From assembly GCA_037200965.1 (NCBI GenBank), contig JBBCGK010000001.1, positions 352,001-416,000 on the forward strand: a stretch of 64,000 nucleotides of DNA, written 5' to 3'. Every line of letters starts with the position of its first letter. Within the stretch, counting starts at the first letter, position 1. A program made the position numbers and the translations under genes. Below the pieces are notes generated by a model. That model was not told where the DNA came from. It saw nothing but the letters and a program-made list of their open reading frames with translations, and did no database searches. Source of the stretch: a bacterium. GTDB lineage: Bacteria > Patescibacteriota > Minisyncoccia > Phycocordibacterales > Phycocordibacteraceae. Positions 1-8,769 of this stretch are shown one piece after another.

Positions 1-146
1 TAGTGCGGATGGTCGAACCGATAAGAAAACGGATTCCGGAAGCGAGGTCCTCGAAAATAATGGGCCGGTATTCCTCCGGATGGATGTCCTTTTTCATGTC
101 GCCCGACTATAGCAAAGGAAGCGGCCCGGAGCAAGCTTGCTGTCTC

Positions 147-2792
147 TTAAAATTCCTGGAAGCTCGGGAGGACGTTTACAATGACGGAAGTCACGACCGG
201 GGCCGCGGCCGTCTGGCATGTAAGGGTGAACTTGGTCTGGTTATTGATCGTGCGGGAGACCGTAGTCGTCGCGATTGCCCCGCCCGCGTCTGCGAGTCTT
301 GGCCCCGAATTGTACCCGTCGCTTCCGACTACGGTACAGGAGGTAACAGACGAAGCACTCCAGCCAACGACCGAAGCGAGCCCCGAAGCGACGCGAAGCG
401 GAGTGGCGGTGATATACCCGCCCGGCTGGTTTACCTTTACGAGCGCCTGGTTTGAGTAGCCGATGCCACCGGGTCCCGTGCAGCGGAGCTGGTAGGTCTG
501 GGTGCTTGTGAGCACACCCGTTTGTACTCCGCTTCCGGAAGTCGGGCCGTTATCGAACGCCGGAGGAGTCGCCACATCGACGCATGAGGCGGCGTTGGTT
601 GATGTCCAGCTGAACGTCGCCTTCTGCCCGGCATTTATGGTTTGCGAAGCGGGCGTCAGGGAAGCGGTCGGAAGCGCGGGACAAATGCCGGCGGTTGCGG
701 CGCAGCAATGCGCGGGATTGCCGACGGTCGGCTGGGACCCGCCCGGGTACTGACATGAGCCGCCGGGACCCGTGCAGCCCTGGCCATAGCAAGCACCGGC
801 CGAGACCGTGATGGCTATCCATCCACTACAGTTATTGCCCTCTCCGGCGTGATTAGGACCTTCATCAATAACGCCATAGGAAGACGGAGGAAGGTCGGCA
901 CAGGCGCGCAGGTAGCGGGTTGTTCCCGCGTCGCCTGAGGAAAAAGTGTAATTGAATAACACGGGACGATTGGATCCAGCGGAAACCCCGGTACCGAAGG
1001 CAGTGGTAGCAACCGCATCGACTATGCCGGTCGCCTCGTCCGTCGAAGCATTGTATGCGGTCGCATACTGGAGTTTGTTCGTGAAGCCCGCGCCGGTCGC
1101 GGCGGAGCCGGTATTCGAGATGGTCGAGGAAAATGTGGTTGCGGTACCAGCAGTGGCCGCGGTCGGGGTGACGGCGGAGGCGGTGAGGTTGGGGAAATTT
1201 CCTGCGGGAGTAACTGTCACGATACACGAATCGCTTGCGGGAGTGGTACCGCCCGCTCCGGTACACGAGAGGTTGTAGGGCGTGTCCGAGGTAAGCGCAC
1301 CGGTCGAAACACCGTTGGTATTGTTTGTCGCTCCGCCGGTCGAGAAGCCGGTCCCGGTGCAGGAAGTCGCGTTCGTCGAGCTCCAGGTGATGGTCGCGGA
1401 TCCTCCCGAAGTCACTGACGGCGGCGTACAGGCAAGGTCAGCCGTCGGATTTACGGCGGGCCCCGCTACGGCTATGGCAGTCCACGCTCCGCAGTTGTCG
1501 ATTTCGCTGGTTTCGTTCGTAATAGCTCCGCTTGGAGAAGGAGGTAAGTCGGCGCAGGCGCGCAGGTAGCGGGTTGTTCCGCCATCACTTGTCGGGAACG
1601 TGTAGGAGAACGAAGCAACGCGAGTCGTGCCGTTTGCGAGCGCGGTACTGAAAACGGAAGTCGCGGAAGTATCAACCACCCCGGTCGCCTCGTCCGTCGA
1701 AGCATTGTATGCGGTCGCATACTGGAGTTTGTTCGTGAAGCCCGCGCCGGTCGCGGCGGAGCCGGTATTCGAGATGGTCGAGGAAAATGTGGTTGCGGTA
1801 CCAGCAGTGGCCGCGGTCGGGGTGACGGCGGAGGCGGTGAGGTTGGGAGCAGCGCCCGTCACATTCACCGTCGCGCGGGCAATGGTGGTGCCGTTGCCGT
1901 TCGTGCAGCTATAGGTATACATCGTGGTTTGCATTGGGGAAACCGGGGTGGTACCCGAAAAATCCTGCACGGGGAAATCATTGGTCCGGCGGCAGCCGCA
2001 TGCGCTTTGGCCTTCACACGCCGAATACGCCGTACAGAGGTTCACGCTCTGGCCGGTCGGCGGTATAGGGAAATTGGCGGTACAGGTAACCGCAGGGCCG
2101 GGACTGCCGAAATACGGCTCCACGACGCCGCTTTCCCCCGGATACCAGACATCGTCGCGGTCGTTCGCGTGATCCCAAGTCAGCGTAACCGACTGCCCGG
2201 GAGAGATCGTATAGGAACTTGCCGTCAGCGTGTTTGAAGGGAGCGCATTCGACATGCACGCGAACGAGTCGAGGCTGGAATCGCAGTCGTCGTTTGAAGG
2301 ACAGTTGTTGCTTGTCGCGGGACTGTGCTGCCAGGTTCCCCCGTTCAAGAAAATAACGGTGTTGTCACTCGGATGCGCGTATTGTCTTCCGACAATCGAC
2401 CCCGAACCAAGCGAAGATGTCGGATCGACAAGAGAACACAAACGGCCGACCGCATCTTCGGAGACTTCTTTCCCGGACCGCCCGAATATATCCCAGGCTG
2501 AATTCCCATTGCCGTCAAGAGCCGGAAGCGAGAAGCCGCCATGTGCCTGCGTGTCGGCGCTTAAAGCGGCCCAGTAAGAATTTTTCGGGGCTGTCGTGTC
2601 GACCGCCCACAACAGGCCGTACTGGCCGGAGGCGGCCGGGAAAACGTACTGGCCGGGCTTTGGGGACGCCGGCTGCTCGACCACGCTCGCCTGGGCATGG
2701 ACGGAACCGGTGAGTGAGAAAAAACCGGCAAGCAAGAAGGCGGCCATGAAGCCGCTTTTCAGGAGGAAACGGTTGAAATGAGTAAGCATCAT
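147..2792 (-). CDS. secreted cell-surface repeat protein (881 aa) with tandem Ig-like Cys-containing modules
   Basis: Long ORF with an N-terminal signal peptide (MMLTHFNRFLLKSGFMAAFLLAGFFSLTGSVHA|QAS). Thr/Ser/Gly/Ala-rich with regularly spaced Cys pairs. A 55-aa block (NLTASAVTPTAATAGTATTFSSTISNTGSAATGAGFTNKLQYATAYNASTDEATG) occurs twice, 218 aa apart. No catalytic motif recognised. Confidence 0.7.
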   Translation of the reverse strand: MMLTHFNRFLLKSGFMAAFLLAGFFSLTGSVHAQASVVEQPASPKPGQYVFPAASGQYGLLWAVDTTAPKNSYWAALSADTQAHGGFSLPALDGNGNSAWDIFGRSGKEVSEDAVGRLCSLVDPTSSLGSGSIVGRQYAHPSDNTVIFLNGGTWQHSPATSNNCPSNDDCDSSLDSFACMSNALPSNTLTASSYTISPGQSVTLTWDHANDRDDVWYPGESGVVEPYFGSPGPAVTCTANFPIPPTGQSVNLCTAYSACEGQSACGCRRTNDFPVQDFSGTTPVSPMQTTMYTYSCTNGNGTTIARATVNVTGAAPNLTASAVTPTAATAGTATTFSSTISNTGSAATGAGFTNKLQYATAYNASTDEATGVVDTSATSVFSTALANGTTRVASFSYTFPTSDGGTTRYLRACADLPPSPSGAITNETSEIDNCGAWTAIAVAGPAVNPTADLACTPPSVTSGGSATITWSSTNATSCTGTGFSTGGATNNTNGVSTGALTSDTPYNLSCTGAGGTTPASDSCIVTVTPAGNFPNLTASAVTPTAATAGTATTFSSTISNTGSAATGAGFTNKLQYATAYNASTDEATGIVDAVATTAFGTGVSAGSNRPVLFNYTFSSGDAGTTRYLRACADLPPSSYGVIDEGPNHAGEGNNCSGWIAITVSAGACYGQGCTGPGGSCQYPGGSQPTVGNPAHCCAATAGICPALPTASLTPASQTINAGQKATFSWTSTNAASCVDVATPPAFDNGPTSGSGVQTGVLTSTQTYQLRCTGPGGIGYSNQALVKVNQPGGYITATPLRVASGLASVVGWSASSVTSCTVVGSDGYNSGPRLADAGGAIATTTVSRTINNQTKFTLTCQTAAAPVVTSVIVNVLPSFQEF
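1027..1194. repeat. 168-bp perfect direct repeat, copy 1 (intragenic, in frame)
   Basis: Identical by eye to 1681-1848; period 654 bp = 218 codons. Confidence 0.8.
1681..1848. repeat. 168-bp perfect direct repeat, copy 2 (intragenic, in frame)
   Basis: Identical to 1027-1194 (ccggtcgcctcgtccgtcgaagcattg...gaggttggg). Confidence 0.8.
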
Positions 2793-2846
2793 CGCTTGTC
2801 ATTGTACCCCGGAACGCCCGGTCCCGGGGAATGCGTGTGGATAGCT

Positions 2847-3383
2847 TTACGAGCCCGCGGCCAGCTGGCAAATCGTCCCGTCGCCGCCGACAGTCGAGGC
2901 CGTCGCGCCCCGCGCGCACGACTGGCTCGCGCCCGAAAGGATCCAGCTTATCTGGTAGGCGCGGCAGACAGAGCCTGTCACTTGTGTACAATTATAGGCA
3001 AATCCCAGCCACACAAGACTGCCGCCAAAGGTGACTTTGGGCCCGGCCGGAAGCCCCGGTATATAGGGCCTCAGCGCATCATCAAGCGCGGCGCTCTGCG
3101 TCGTCGGCGCAATATCCGTCCTTCCGCACTGGCCGCTCGGATAGGTCCCGAGGCAATGCGCGACCGTATCGCCCGGATACGGATACGAGCCCTGGTCCGT
3201 GAAATAGAGATTGATCGCATTTATATATTGCGTGATTTCCTGATTAGCGGAGGAATTCGTTCCTTTCGTGCGCGCGGAATTGAGCGCGACGAGCACGACT
3301 GCCGAGAGGATGCCGATAATGGCGATCACGACAAGGAGCTCGATAAGGGTAAAGCCGCGGGAACGAGAAGAAGGGATGATCAT
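2847..3383 (-). CDS. type IV pilin-like protein (prepilin with N-terminal cleavage/methylation motif)
   Basis: ATG at 3383 gives MIIPSSRSRG|FTLIELLVVIAIIGILSAVVLVALNSAR, the class III signal/pilin motif (G|FTLIELL). The ORF track extends further upstream on alternative starts; the internal ATG is preferred because it places the motif 10 aa from the N-terminus. C-terminal Cys pairs are present. Confidence 0.8.
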   Translation of the reverse strand: MIIPSSRSRGFTLIELLVVIAIIGILSAVVLVALNSARTKGTNSSANQEITQYINAINLYFTDQGSYPYPGDTVAHCLGTYPSGQCGRTDIAPTTQSAALDDALRPYIPGLPAGPKVTFGGSLVWLGFAYNCTQVTGSVCRAYQISWILSGASQSCARGATASTVGGDGTICQLAAGS

Positions 3384-3414
3384 GAAAAAAGTATACCGTG
3401 GTGCGGGTAGATAT

Positions 3415-4779
3415 CTATGAATTATCCGCAAGGAAGTCGATGTCCTGCTGGTATTTCGCGGCCTTTGCCACGACCGAGGCGCCATAGGCCGAAATCGCGC
3501 CGCCGGAGCACGCGCCGCCGGAATAGTAGCGGCAGGCAGCGTTTTGCTCGGCCGTATAGGTGCCGCCTGCGGCGCCCACGTCCTGGAGATAGAGCGCGGT
3601 CGCCATGATGGCGTGCTCGGCATTCCAGGGGTTCGTCGCAGGCACCCCGAGCGCCGCCTCGATGCGCCCCTCGAAGAGTTCCCAGGTCGACGGGATGAAC
3701 TGCGTCGGACCCATCGCGCCGCCGTACCCGCCCGGTTGCGGACACGAGACCGGTGTCGTCCGCCAGTCTTTCCCGAGGGCCGCCGTGATGCGGGCGAACG
3801 GCACGGTGTCGCGGGGCGCCTTCATGACGCCCGAGAACGGCGTCCCGGTGTTCTTCCCTTTCCCGTCCCCGGTCGTAAGGTCAGTCACAAGACAGTTCCC
3901 CACATTCGTCCCGAGCGCGGACTCCTGCGAGAGGATGGCGAGGATCATGGCGGCGCGCACCCCTGTCTTCGCCGCCGCCGTCTTCGCATAGACGACCGCG
4001 TCGCCAAACGGAATGGCGCCCGTATCCCTAAGCGGGAAAAGCGCGGCGCGTATCGCCGCGGCCTTCGCCTGCTTTGCGGCGAGCACCTCCTGGTACTGCG
4101 CTTCCTGATTCGTCGTTATCGCAAGGAGCTGCTGCTGCTCGGCTTCCTTGACCGCGATCTGCTGCTTGGTCGTCTCGACCGCGTACTTCGCGTCCTGCGT
4201 CGCGTTCTGCTTCTTTGCGAGCGCCTCGCGCTCGGCCTGCGTCTGCGCCTTCGTCACCTTGATATCGGAAAAGAGCGCCTGCATCTCGCGCTTTATGGAG
4301 ACGAACGCATCCACGTCCGCGAAGAAGGAAGAGATGTCCTCGTTTGCAAACGCGATCTCGGCAAGCGAGGAGTCGTCAAGCTGGCTCTCCTGCCGGAGCA
4401 TCCCCGCCAAAGACTCCTTTCCCGCTTCGATGCGGTTCGCGAGCGTGGTGATGGTCTTATTCTTCGAGGCTATCTCGCTCCCGAGCTGCTTGATGGTCAC
4501 CGTCTTTGCAGCAATCTGCGCCTGGGCCGCCTTGATCTGCGCGTCGAGCTGCGTGACGTTTCCCTTGAGCGTATTTTTCTTCGCCTGCGTCTCCGTGACT
4601 ATCTTCTGCTGCGCAGCAATCTCCACCTGAAGCTGGTCGTACTGCTTCTGGAGCTCGGCGCGCTCGGCGGGGGTAAGCTCCTGCGCAAGCGTCTGCGGCA
4701 CCCCTGCGCCGGAAACGGCAAGGAGCACTACCGGCAGCAGAAAAAGGGCGATAACAAAAAACACCGGGCTGCGTTTCAT
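3415..4779 (-). CDS. secreted coiled-coil protein with C-terminal SLT/MltB-like lytic transglycosylase domain
   Basis: Signal peptide from ATG 4779 (MKRSPVFFVIALFLLPVVLLAVSGAG). A long Q/A/K/E-rich heptad region (about 250 aa) follows. The C-terminal domain has an ES catalytic-type motif (LAILSQESALG) and MGPTQFIPSTW, as in lytic murein transglycosylases. The track start at 4812 is TTG. Confidence 0.7.
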   Translation of the reverse strand: MKRSPVFFVIALFLLPVVLLAVSGAGVPQTLAQELTPAERAELQKQYDQLQVEIAAQQKIVTETQAKKNTLKGNVTQLDAQIKAAQAQIAAKTVTIKQLGSEIASKNKTITTLANRIEAGKESLAGMLRQESQLDDSSLAEIAFANEDISSFFADVDAFVSIKREMQALFSDIKVTKAQTQAEREALAKKQNATQDAKYAVETTKQQIAVKEAEQQQLLAITTNQEAQYQEVLAAKQAKAAAIRAALFPLRDTGAIPFGDAVVYAKTAAAKTGVRAAMILAILSQESALGTNVGNCLVTDLTTGDGKGKNTGTPFSGVMKAPRDTVPFARITAALGKDWRTTPVSCPQPGGYGGAMGPTQFIPSTWELFEGRIEAALGVPATNPWNAEHAIMATALYLQDVGAAGGTYTAEQNAACRYYSGGACSGGAISAYGASVVAKAAKYQQDIDFLADNS

Positions 4780-4794
4780 CCTATCCAGTATACC

Positions 4795-4829
4795 AAAACT
4801 CCGGACCGGCAAAGCCAGTCCGGAGTTTT
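4795..4829 (-). terminator. hairpin downstream of rplY (12-bp stem aaaactccggac/gtccggagtttt, T-run on minus-strand transcript)
   Basis: Inverted repeat 4795-4806 / 4818-4829, followed by TTTTGG on the minus strand. Lies 17 nt downstream of the rplY stop. Confidence 0.45.
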
Positions 4830-4845
4830 GTCTTCATGAAAATCC

Positions 4846-5499
4846 CTATTCCTTCGCCTCCCCTTCGGCAGCCGCTCCTTCTTCCTCGGTCTTGCCCTTC
4901 TTCTCCACTTCGATTCCGGCCATGTCGACCGCAGCAGGAGCCTCTTCCTTCTCCTCCTCGACTTCCTGCGTAAGCGCGACGACCTCCTCCGGGTCGGTCT
5001 TTAAGGTAACGCCCTTCGGCATCTTGAGGTCGCTCGCGTGGATCTTGTCGCCAAGAGCGGCAAGCGCGGCGAGGTCGACTTCGATCTCGTGCGGGAGATC
5101 GGCGGGTGCCGCTTCGATCTCGACTTCGTGCATGACCTTCACCAGGTTCGCTCCGGCCTTGACCGCCGCCGATTCGCCGGTAAAGGAAAGCGGAACCGCG
5201 ACTTCCACTTTCGCGCCCTTCTCGATCGCATAGAAATCGGCGTGGCGGGCCACACCCGTCACCGGGTCGACATCCACTTCATGGATGAGGGCCTGTACCG
5301 TGCCGCCAAGCCCCGAGATTTCGATGACCGAAGACTCGCCCGCGACCTTGAATGCGCGCTCGAAATCCTTGCTCAAAAGAGTGACCGGGGTCGATTCATG
5401 CTTCGGGCCATAGACTACGGCGGGCATCTGGCCGTCCTTAGAGAGGCGCTTGGTGCGCCTACCGATGAGTTCCCGTTTCGTAACCGCGAGCGTAATCAT
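4846..5499 (-). CDS. rplY: 50S ribosomal protein L25 / general stress protein Ctc
   Basis: MITLAVTKRELIGRRTKRLSKDGQMPAVVYG... is a typical L25/Ctc N-terminus. Acidic C-terminal extension. ATG at 5499; the track ORF extends upstream with no support. Confidence 0.85.
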   Translation of the reverse strand: MITLAVTKRELIGRRTKRLSKDGQMPAVVYGPKHESTPVTLLSKDFERAFKVAGESSVIEISGLGGTVQALIHEVDVDPVTGVARHADFYAIEKGAKVEVAVPLSFTGESAAVKAGANLVKVMHEVEIEAAPADLPHEIEVDLAALAALGDKIHASDLKMPKGVTLKTDPEEVVALTQEVEEEKEEAPAAVDMAGIEVEKKGKTEEEGAAAEGEAKE

Positions 5500-5554
5500 G
5501 AAGCGAGTATACGAAAAGCGGCCCGTATTTGCAACTTCGGGGGCCAGTGCGGAC

Positions 5555-6553
5555 CTATTGACCCCTTGCGGCCGAAGAGACCAGGGTAAGGTGCCCCAGG
5601 TAGGCGGCGCGGGCAGCTTCGACATTCTCTTCCTTGCCCTGCCATATCTTAAGCGCGTCTTCCTGAAGGGCCCGAGCGAAACAGAACGTGAGTGGCCAGG
5701 GCGCTCCGCGTTTTTTTCCTTCGCGCACGATCGCCTGGAGATTCGCCGTCGCAACCTCAAACGACTGGCCTCCGGAGAGAAAGAGGATTCCCGGCACGTC
5801 CTTCGGAACGGTTTCCATAAGCACGTCGAGCGTGTCCAGAGCTACCTGCTCCGGCGTATCGACTCCGGAGCTGTCTGAGCCTGAGACCACCATCGACGTT
5901 TTGAGGATAAGCGCGGTGCGATCGGCCACCTGATCTTCAACAGCCTTGAAAAGCACCATAAGCGTATCGCGTATCGCGCCTTTGGCGCGAAGGCGGCTGT
6001 GCTTGCCCGCGCGCAGCACTTCCGGTTCGAGAATAGGTACGAGGCCCGCCTCCTGGCAAATACGCGCGAAGCTCGCGAGCCGTTTCGCATTCTCGACGAG
6101 CGCGGGAGCGCTTGGCACATGATCGCCGTCGATGCCGATAACGGCGCGCCATTTTGTAAACACCGCGCCCGCCGCGCGGTACGGCGCGAGGCGCTCCGGA
6201 AGGCCGATAAGACCCTTGGTGATAAGTTCGTGCGGACTTTCGGGGAACGGTTCGGTTCCCTCGTCGACCTTGATTCCAGGAGCGATTCCGTTTGACGCGA
6301 GCAGTTCGGGAAATGGTACGCCACTTTCGGATTTTTGCGTGAGCGTTTCTTCAAAGAGGATGGTGCCGGAGAGATACGATTCCGCACCCGGCGCGGCAAG
6401 GAAAAGATCGCGGAACTTCCTGCGCGATTCTTCCCCACCCTCGATCCCGTAGAGCGCAAGACGCTCGTCGGCGCTTTTGACGCTCTCGTCCGCGGCAAGA
6501 AGTCCCTTCCCTTCCGCAAAGAGTCCGCGCGCGATTTCGACGAGATCGGTCAT
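5555..6553 (-). CDS. fba: fructose-bisphosphate aldolase, class I
   Basis: GKGLLAADES motif, TILFEETL and a Lys-containing active-site region (ALILKTSMVVSG), matching class I (Schiff-base) FBA family signatures. ATG at 6553. Confidence 0.8.
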   Translation of the reverse strand: MTDLVEIARGLFAEGKGLLAADESVKSADERLALYGIEGGEESRRKFRDLFLAAPGAESYLSGTILFEETLTQKSESGVPFPELLASNGIAPGIKVDEGTEPFPESPHELITKGLIGLPERLAPYRAAGAVFTKWRAVIGIDGDHVPSAPALVENAKRLASFARICQEAGLVPILEPEVLRAGKHSRLRAKGAIRDTLMVLFKAVEDQVADRTALILKTSMVVSGSDSSGVDTPEQVALDTLDVLMETVPKDVPGILFLSGGQSFEVATANLQAIVREGKKRGAPWPLTFCFARALQEDALKIWQGKEENVEAARAAYLGHLTLVSSAARGQ

Positions 6554-6562
6554 ACGCAAATG

Positions 6563-6591
6563 GTAGCACGCGGGAAGTTCGCGCGTGCTAC
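6563..6591. promoter_or_regulatory. perfect 10-bp inverted repeat (gtagcacgcg N9 cgcgtgctac) in the 47-bp divergent fba/pfkB intergenic region
   Basis: Seen directly. Centred between two divergent start codons (6553 and 6601). Candidate operator. Confidence 0.4.
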
Positions 6592-6600
6592 ACTTTCCGC

Positions 6601-7596
6601 ATGCAAAAGCTCGATTTCCTCGCTATCGGCGACATTACGACCGATACCTTCATACAGCTCAAGGACGCGAGCGTGCACTGCGATATCGATCGCGATAATT
6701 GCACTATTTCGATGCGCTGGGGAGACAAAATACCGTTCGATTCCGCGGTTACCATCCCCGCAGTCGGCAATAGCGCGAACGCCGCTATCGCGGCGGCGCG
6801 GTTGGGACTTAGAAGCGGCCTCCTTTCCTGGATCGGCAAGGATGCGGAAGGCCGGGAGGATCTTTCCGTGCTTGAAACGGAACGGGTCGACGCATCGAAG
6901 GTCGCAGTCGTTGAGGGAGTCGATACGAATCACCACTACGTGCTCTCGTTCGAGTCCGAGCGTACGATACTCGTGAAGCAGAATGCTTTCCCGTATGCGC
7001 TTCCGACGGACCTTGAGGCGCCTTCCCTGCTCTATCTCTCGTCCCTTGGCGAAGCGTCGGGAGCGTTCCATGCCGATATCGCGCGCTTCATCGCCGCGCA
7101 CCCGGAAACGAGGCTTGTCTTCCAGCCGGGAACCTTCCAGATGAAGATGGGCATCGAAGCGCTTACGGAGATCTACGCGCATACCTACCTTTTCATATGC
7201 AATAAGGAAGAGGCTGAGCGCATCCTCGGCCATACCGAGCCGCAAGAGAGGCTGACGCTTCTCGCGGAAGTCGCGGCGCTTGGTCCGAAGATCGTCGCGA
7301 TTACCGACGGGCGCGCAGGAGCGTATGCGTACGACGGGAAAAACGCATACTCGGTGCCGCTCTATCCTGACGAGCGACCCCCGGTCGAGCGAACCGGTGC
7401 CGGTGACGCGTTCGCCTCGACGCTCGCCTGCGCGCTCATCCTCGGGGAACCGCTTGAAAAGGCGCTTTTGTGGGGGCCGATAAATTCAATGTCGGTAGTG
7501 CAGCACGTCGGCGCGCGCGCCGGACTCCTTTCACGAGAAAAAGTACTCGGCTATCTTCAGGCACCCCCCGAAACCTACCGGGCACGATCGCTCTGA
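6601..7596 (+). CDS. PfkB-family carbohydrate/nucleoside kinase (ribokinase-like)
   Basis: N-terminal LAIGDITTD (ribokinase GG-like region) and C-terminal GAGDAF anion-hole motif. Substrate not assignable. Confidence 0.75.
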   Translation: MQKLDFLAIGDITTDTFIQLKDASVHCDIDRDNCTISMRWGDKIPFDSAVTIPAVGNSANAAIAAARLGLRSGLLSWIGKDAEGREDLSVLETERVDASKVAVVEGVDTNHHYVLSFESERTILVKQNAFPYALPTDLEAPSLLYLSSLGEASGAFHADIARFIAAHPETRLVFQPGTFQMKMGIEALTEIYAHTYLFICNKEEAERILGHTEPQERLTLLAEVAALGPKIVAITDGRAGAYAYDGKNAYSVPLYPDERPPVERTGAGDAFASTLACALILGEPLEKALLWGPINSMSVVQHVGARAGLLSREKVLGYLQAPPETYRARSL

Positions 7597-7772
7597 GGAG
7601 TTTCTCCTATATTGAGGTTTCCTATGGTCGAGAGCGGATCGGTGCCGTTGTACCCGTCAAAACTCGTCGTGTCCGCAACGTGCATGATGATAAGCGCGGC
7701 GCCGGAGCCCACGACCGTGATCGCGAGTATCGCGAAGTAGCTGTTTATTTTCCTGCTTGCGAGACTGTGCAT
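7575..7772 (-). CDS. hypothetical small membrane protein (65 aa, one TM helix)
   Basis: ATG at 7772 gives MHSLASRKINSYFAILAITVVGSGAALIIMHV..., with one hydrophobic helix. Lies just downstream of tkt, overlaps the pfkB 3' end by 22 nt, and has no homology signal. Confidence 0.25.
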   Translation of the reverse strand: MHSLASRKINSYFAILAITVVGSGAALIIMHVADTTSFDGYNGTDPLSTIGNLNIGETPQSDRAR

Positions 7773-7776
7773 AGGG

Positions 7777-8769
7777 CTAATGCAGCGTGCCGGTCGCGCG
7801 GCGTACGGCATCCTGTACGGAAGAGACGCCAAGGCCGTAGTGCTCGATAAGCTCGTCCGGCTCCCCTGATTGTCCGAACTGATCTTGCACCCCAAGCCGT
7901 TCTATACGAATCGGATGAACTTCGGAAAGATACTCCGCGATCGCGGAGCCGAACCCTCCCATAATCTGGTGCTCTTCGACCGTCACGATCGAAAGCACTT
8001 CTTTCGCGACCGCGAGCACCACCTCCTCGTCAAGCGGCTTGACCGTGGGCACATGGAGCACGATGGTGCCGATGCCCTCCGCCTCAAGCGCCCGCGCCGC
8101 CATGAGCGCGTTACAGCTCATCGAGCCGGTCGCCATGAGCGCGACTTTCGGTTTATCGCTTCGCCAGAGCCGTAGCGCCTTCCCTATCGCAAACGGCGTA
8201 TCGGAAGTCGTGAATACCGGAACATTCGAGCGCCCGAAGCGCAGATATACCGGCTTACCGAAAGCAGCCGCGGCAGTGGTCGCCTTCCGCGCTTCCTCGG
8301 CGTCGCCGGGAACGATAACGGTCATGTTGGGGAGCATTCGCATCATGCCGATGTCCTCGAGCATCTGGTGCGTCGCGCCATCGGGACCCACGGACACTCC
8401 CGCGTGCATGCCGCACACCACCACGTGCCGGTCGTTAAGTGCGATCGTCGTGCGTATCTGCTCATAGTTGCGGCCCGGGGAGAAGGCCGCGTAGCTTGTG
8501 ATAAACGGTATCTTTCCCGCGAGCGCGAGACCTGCCGCGAGCGTCGCCATACCCTGCTCGGCAATGCCCATCTCGATAAAGCGGCCGGGGAACTCCTTCT
8601 CGAAGGATTCCGCGCGCGTCGATTCCTTCAGATCGGCGGAGAGGACAACAATGTTCTTATTTTCCTTGCCCGCGGCGATCACGCCCGCGCCGAATCCGTC
8701 GCGCGTCGATTTCTTGTCGACCTTTGGATCGAACGGATTCTGGATCAGTCTCGCTTCAGGATTAAGCAT
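7777..8769 (-). CDS. tkt: transketolase, C-terminal section (pyrimidine-binding and C-terminal domains)
   Basis: GIAEQGMATLAAGLAL, PDGATHQ and GSxxxxAL motifs typical of the transketolase Pyr domain. Overlaps the upstream N-terminal-half gene by 8 nt. Confidence 0.85.
   Translation of the reverse strand: MLNPEARLIQNPFDPKVDKKSTRDGFGAGVIAAGKENKNIVVLSADLKESTRAESFEKEFPGRFIEMGIAEQGMATLAAGLALAGKIPFITSYAAFSPGRNYEQIRTTIALNDRHVVVCGMHAGVSVGPDGATHQMLEDIGMMRMLPNMTVIVPGDAEEARKATTAAAAFGKPVYLRFGRSNVPVFTTSDTPFAIGKALRLWRSDKPKVALMATGSMSCNALMAARALEAEGIGTIVLHVPTVKPLDEEVVLAVAKEVLSIVTVEEHQIMGGFGSAIAEYLSEVHPIRIERLGVQDQFGQSGEPDELIEHYGLGVSSVQDAVRRATGTLH

Noticed and set aside
3-455. 150-aa ORF at the left edge
   Set aside because: Overlaps the 3' end of the 881-aa secreted-protein gene on the other strand and has no motif support.
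3544-4839. 431-aa plus-strand ORF antisense to the lytic transglycosylase gene
   Set aside because: Arg/Leu-rich low-complexity translation of the opposite strand of a well-supported gene.
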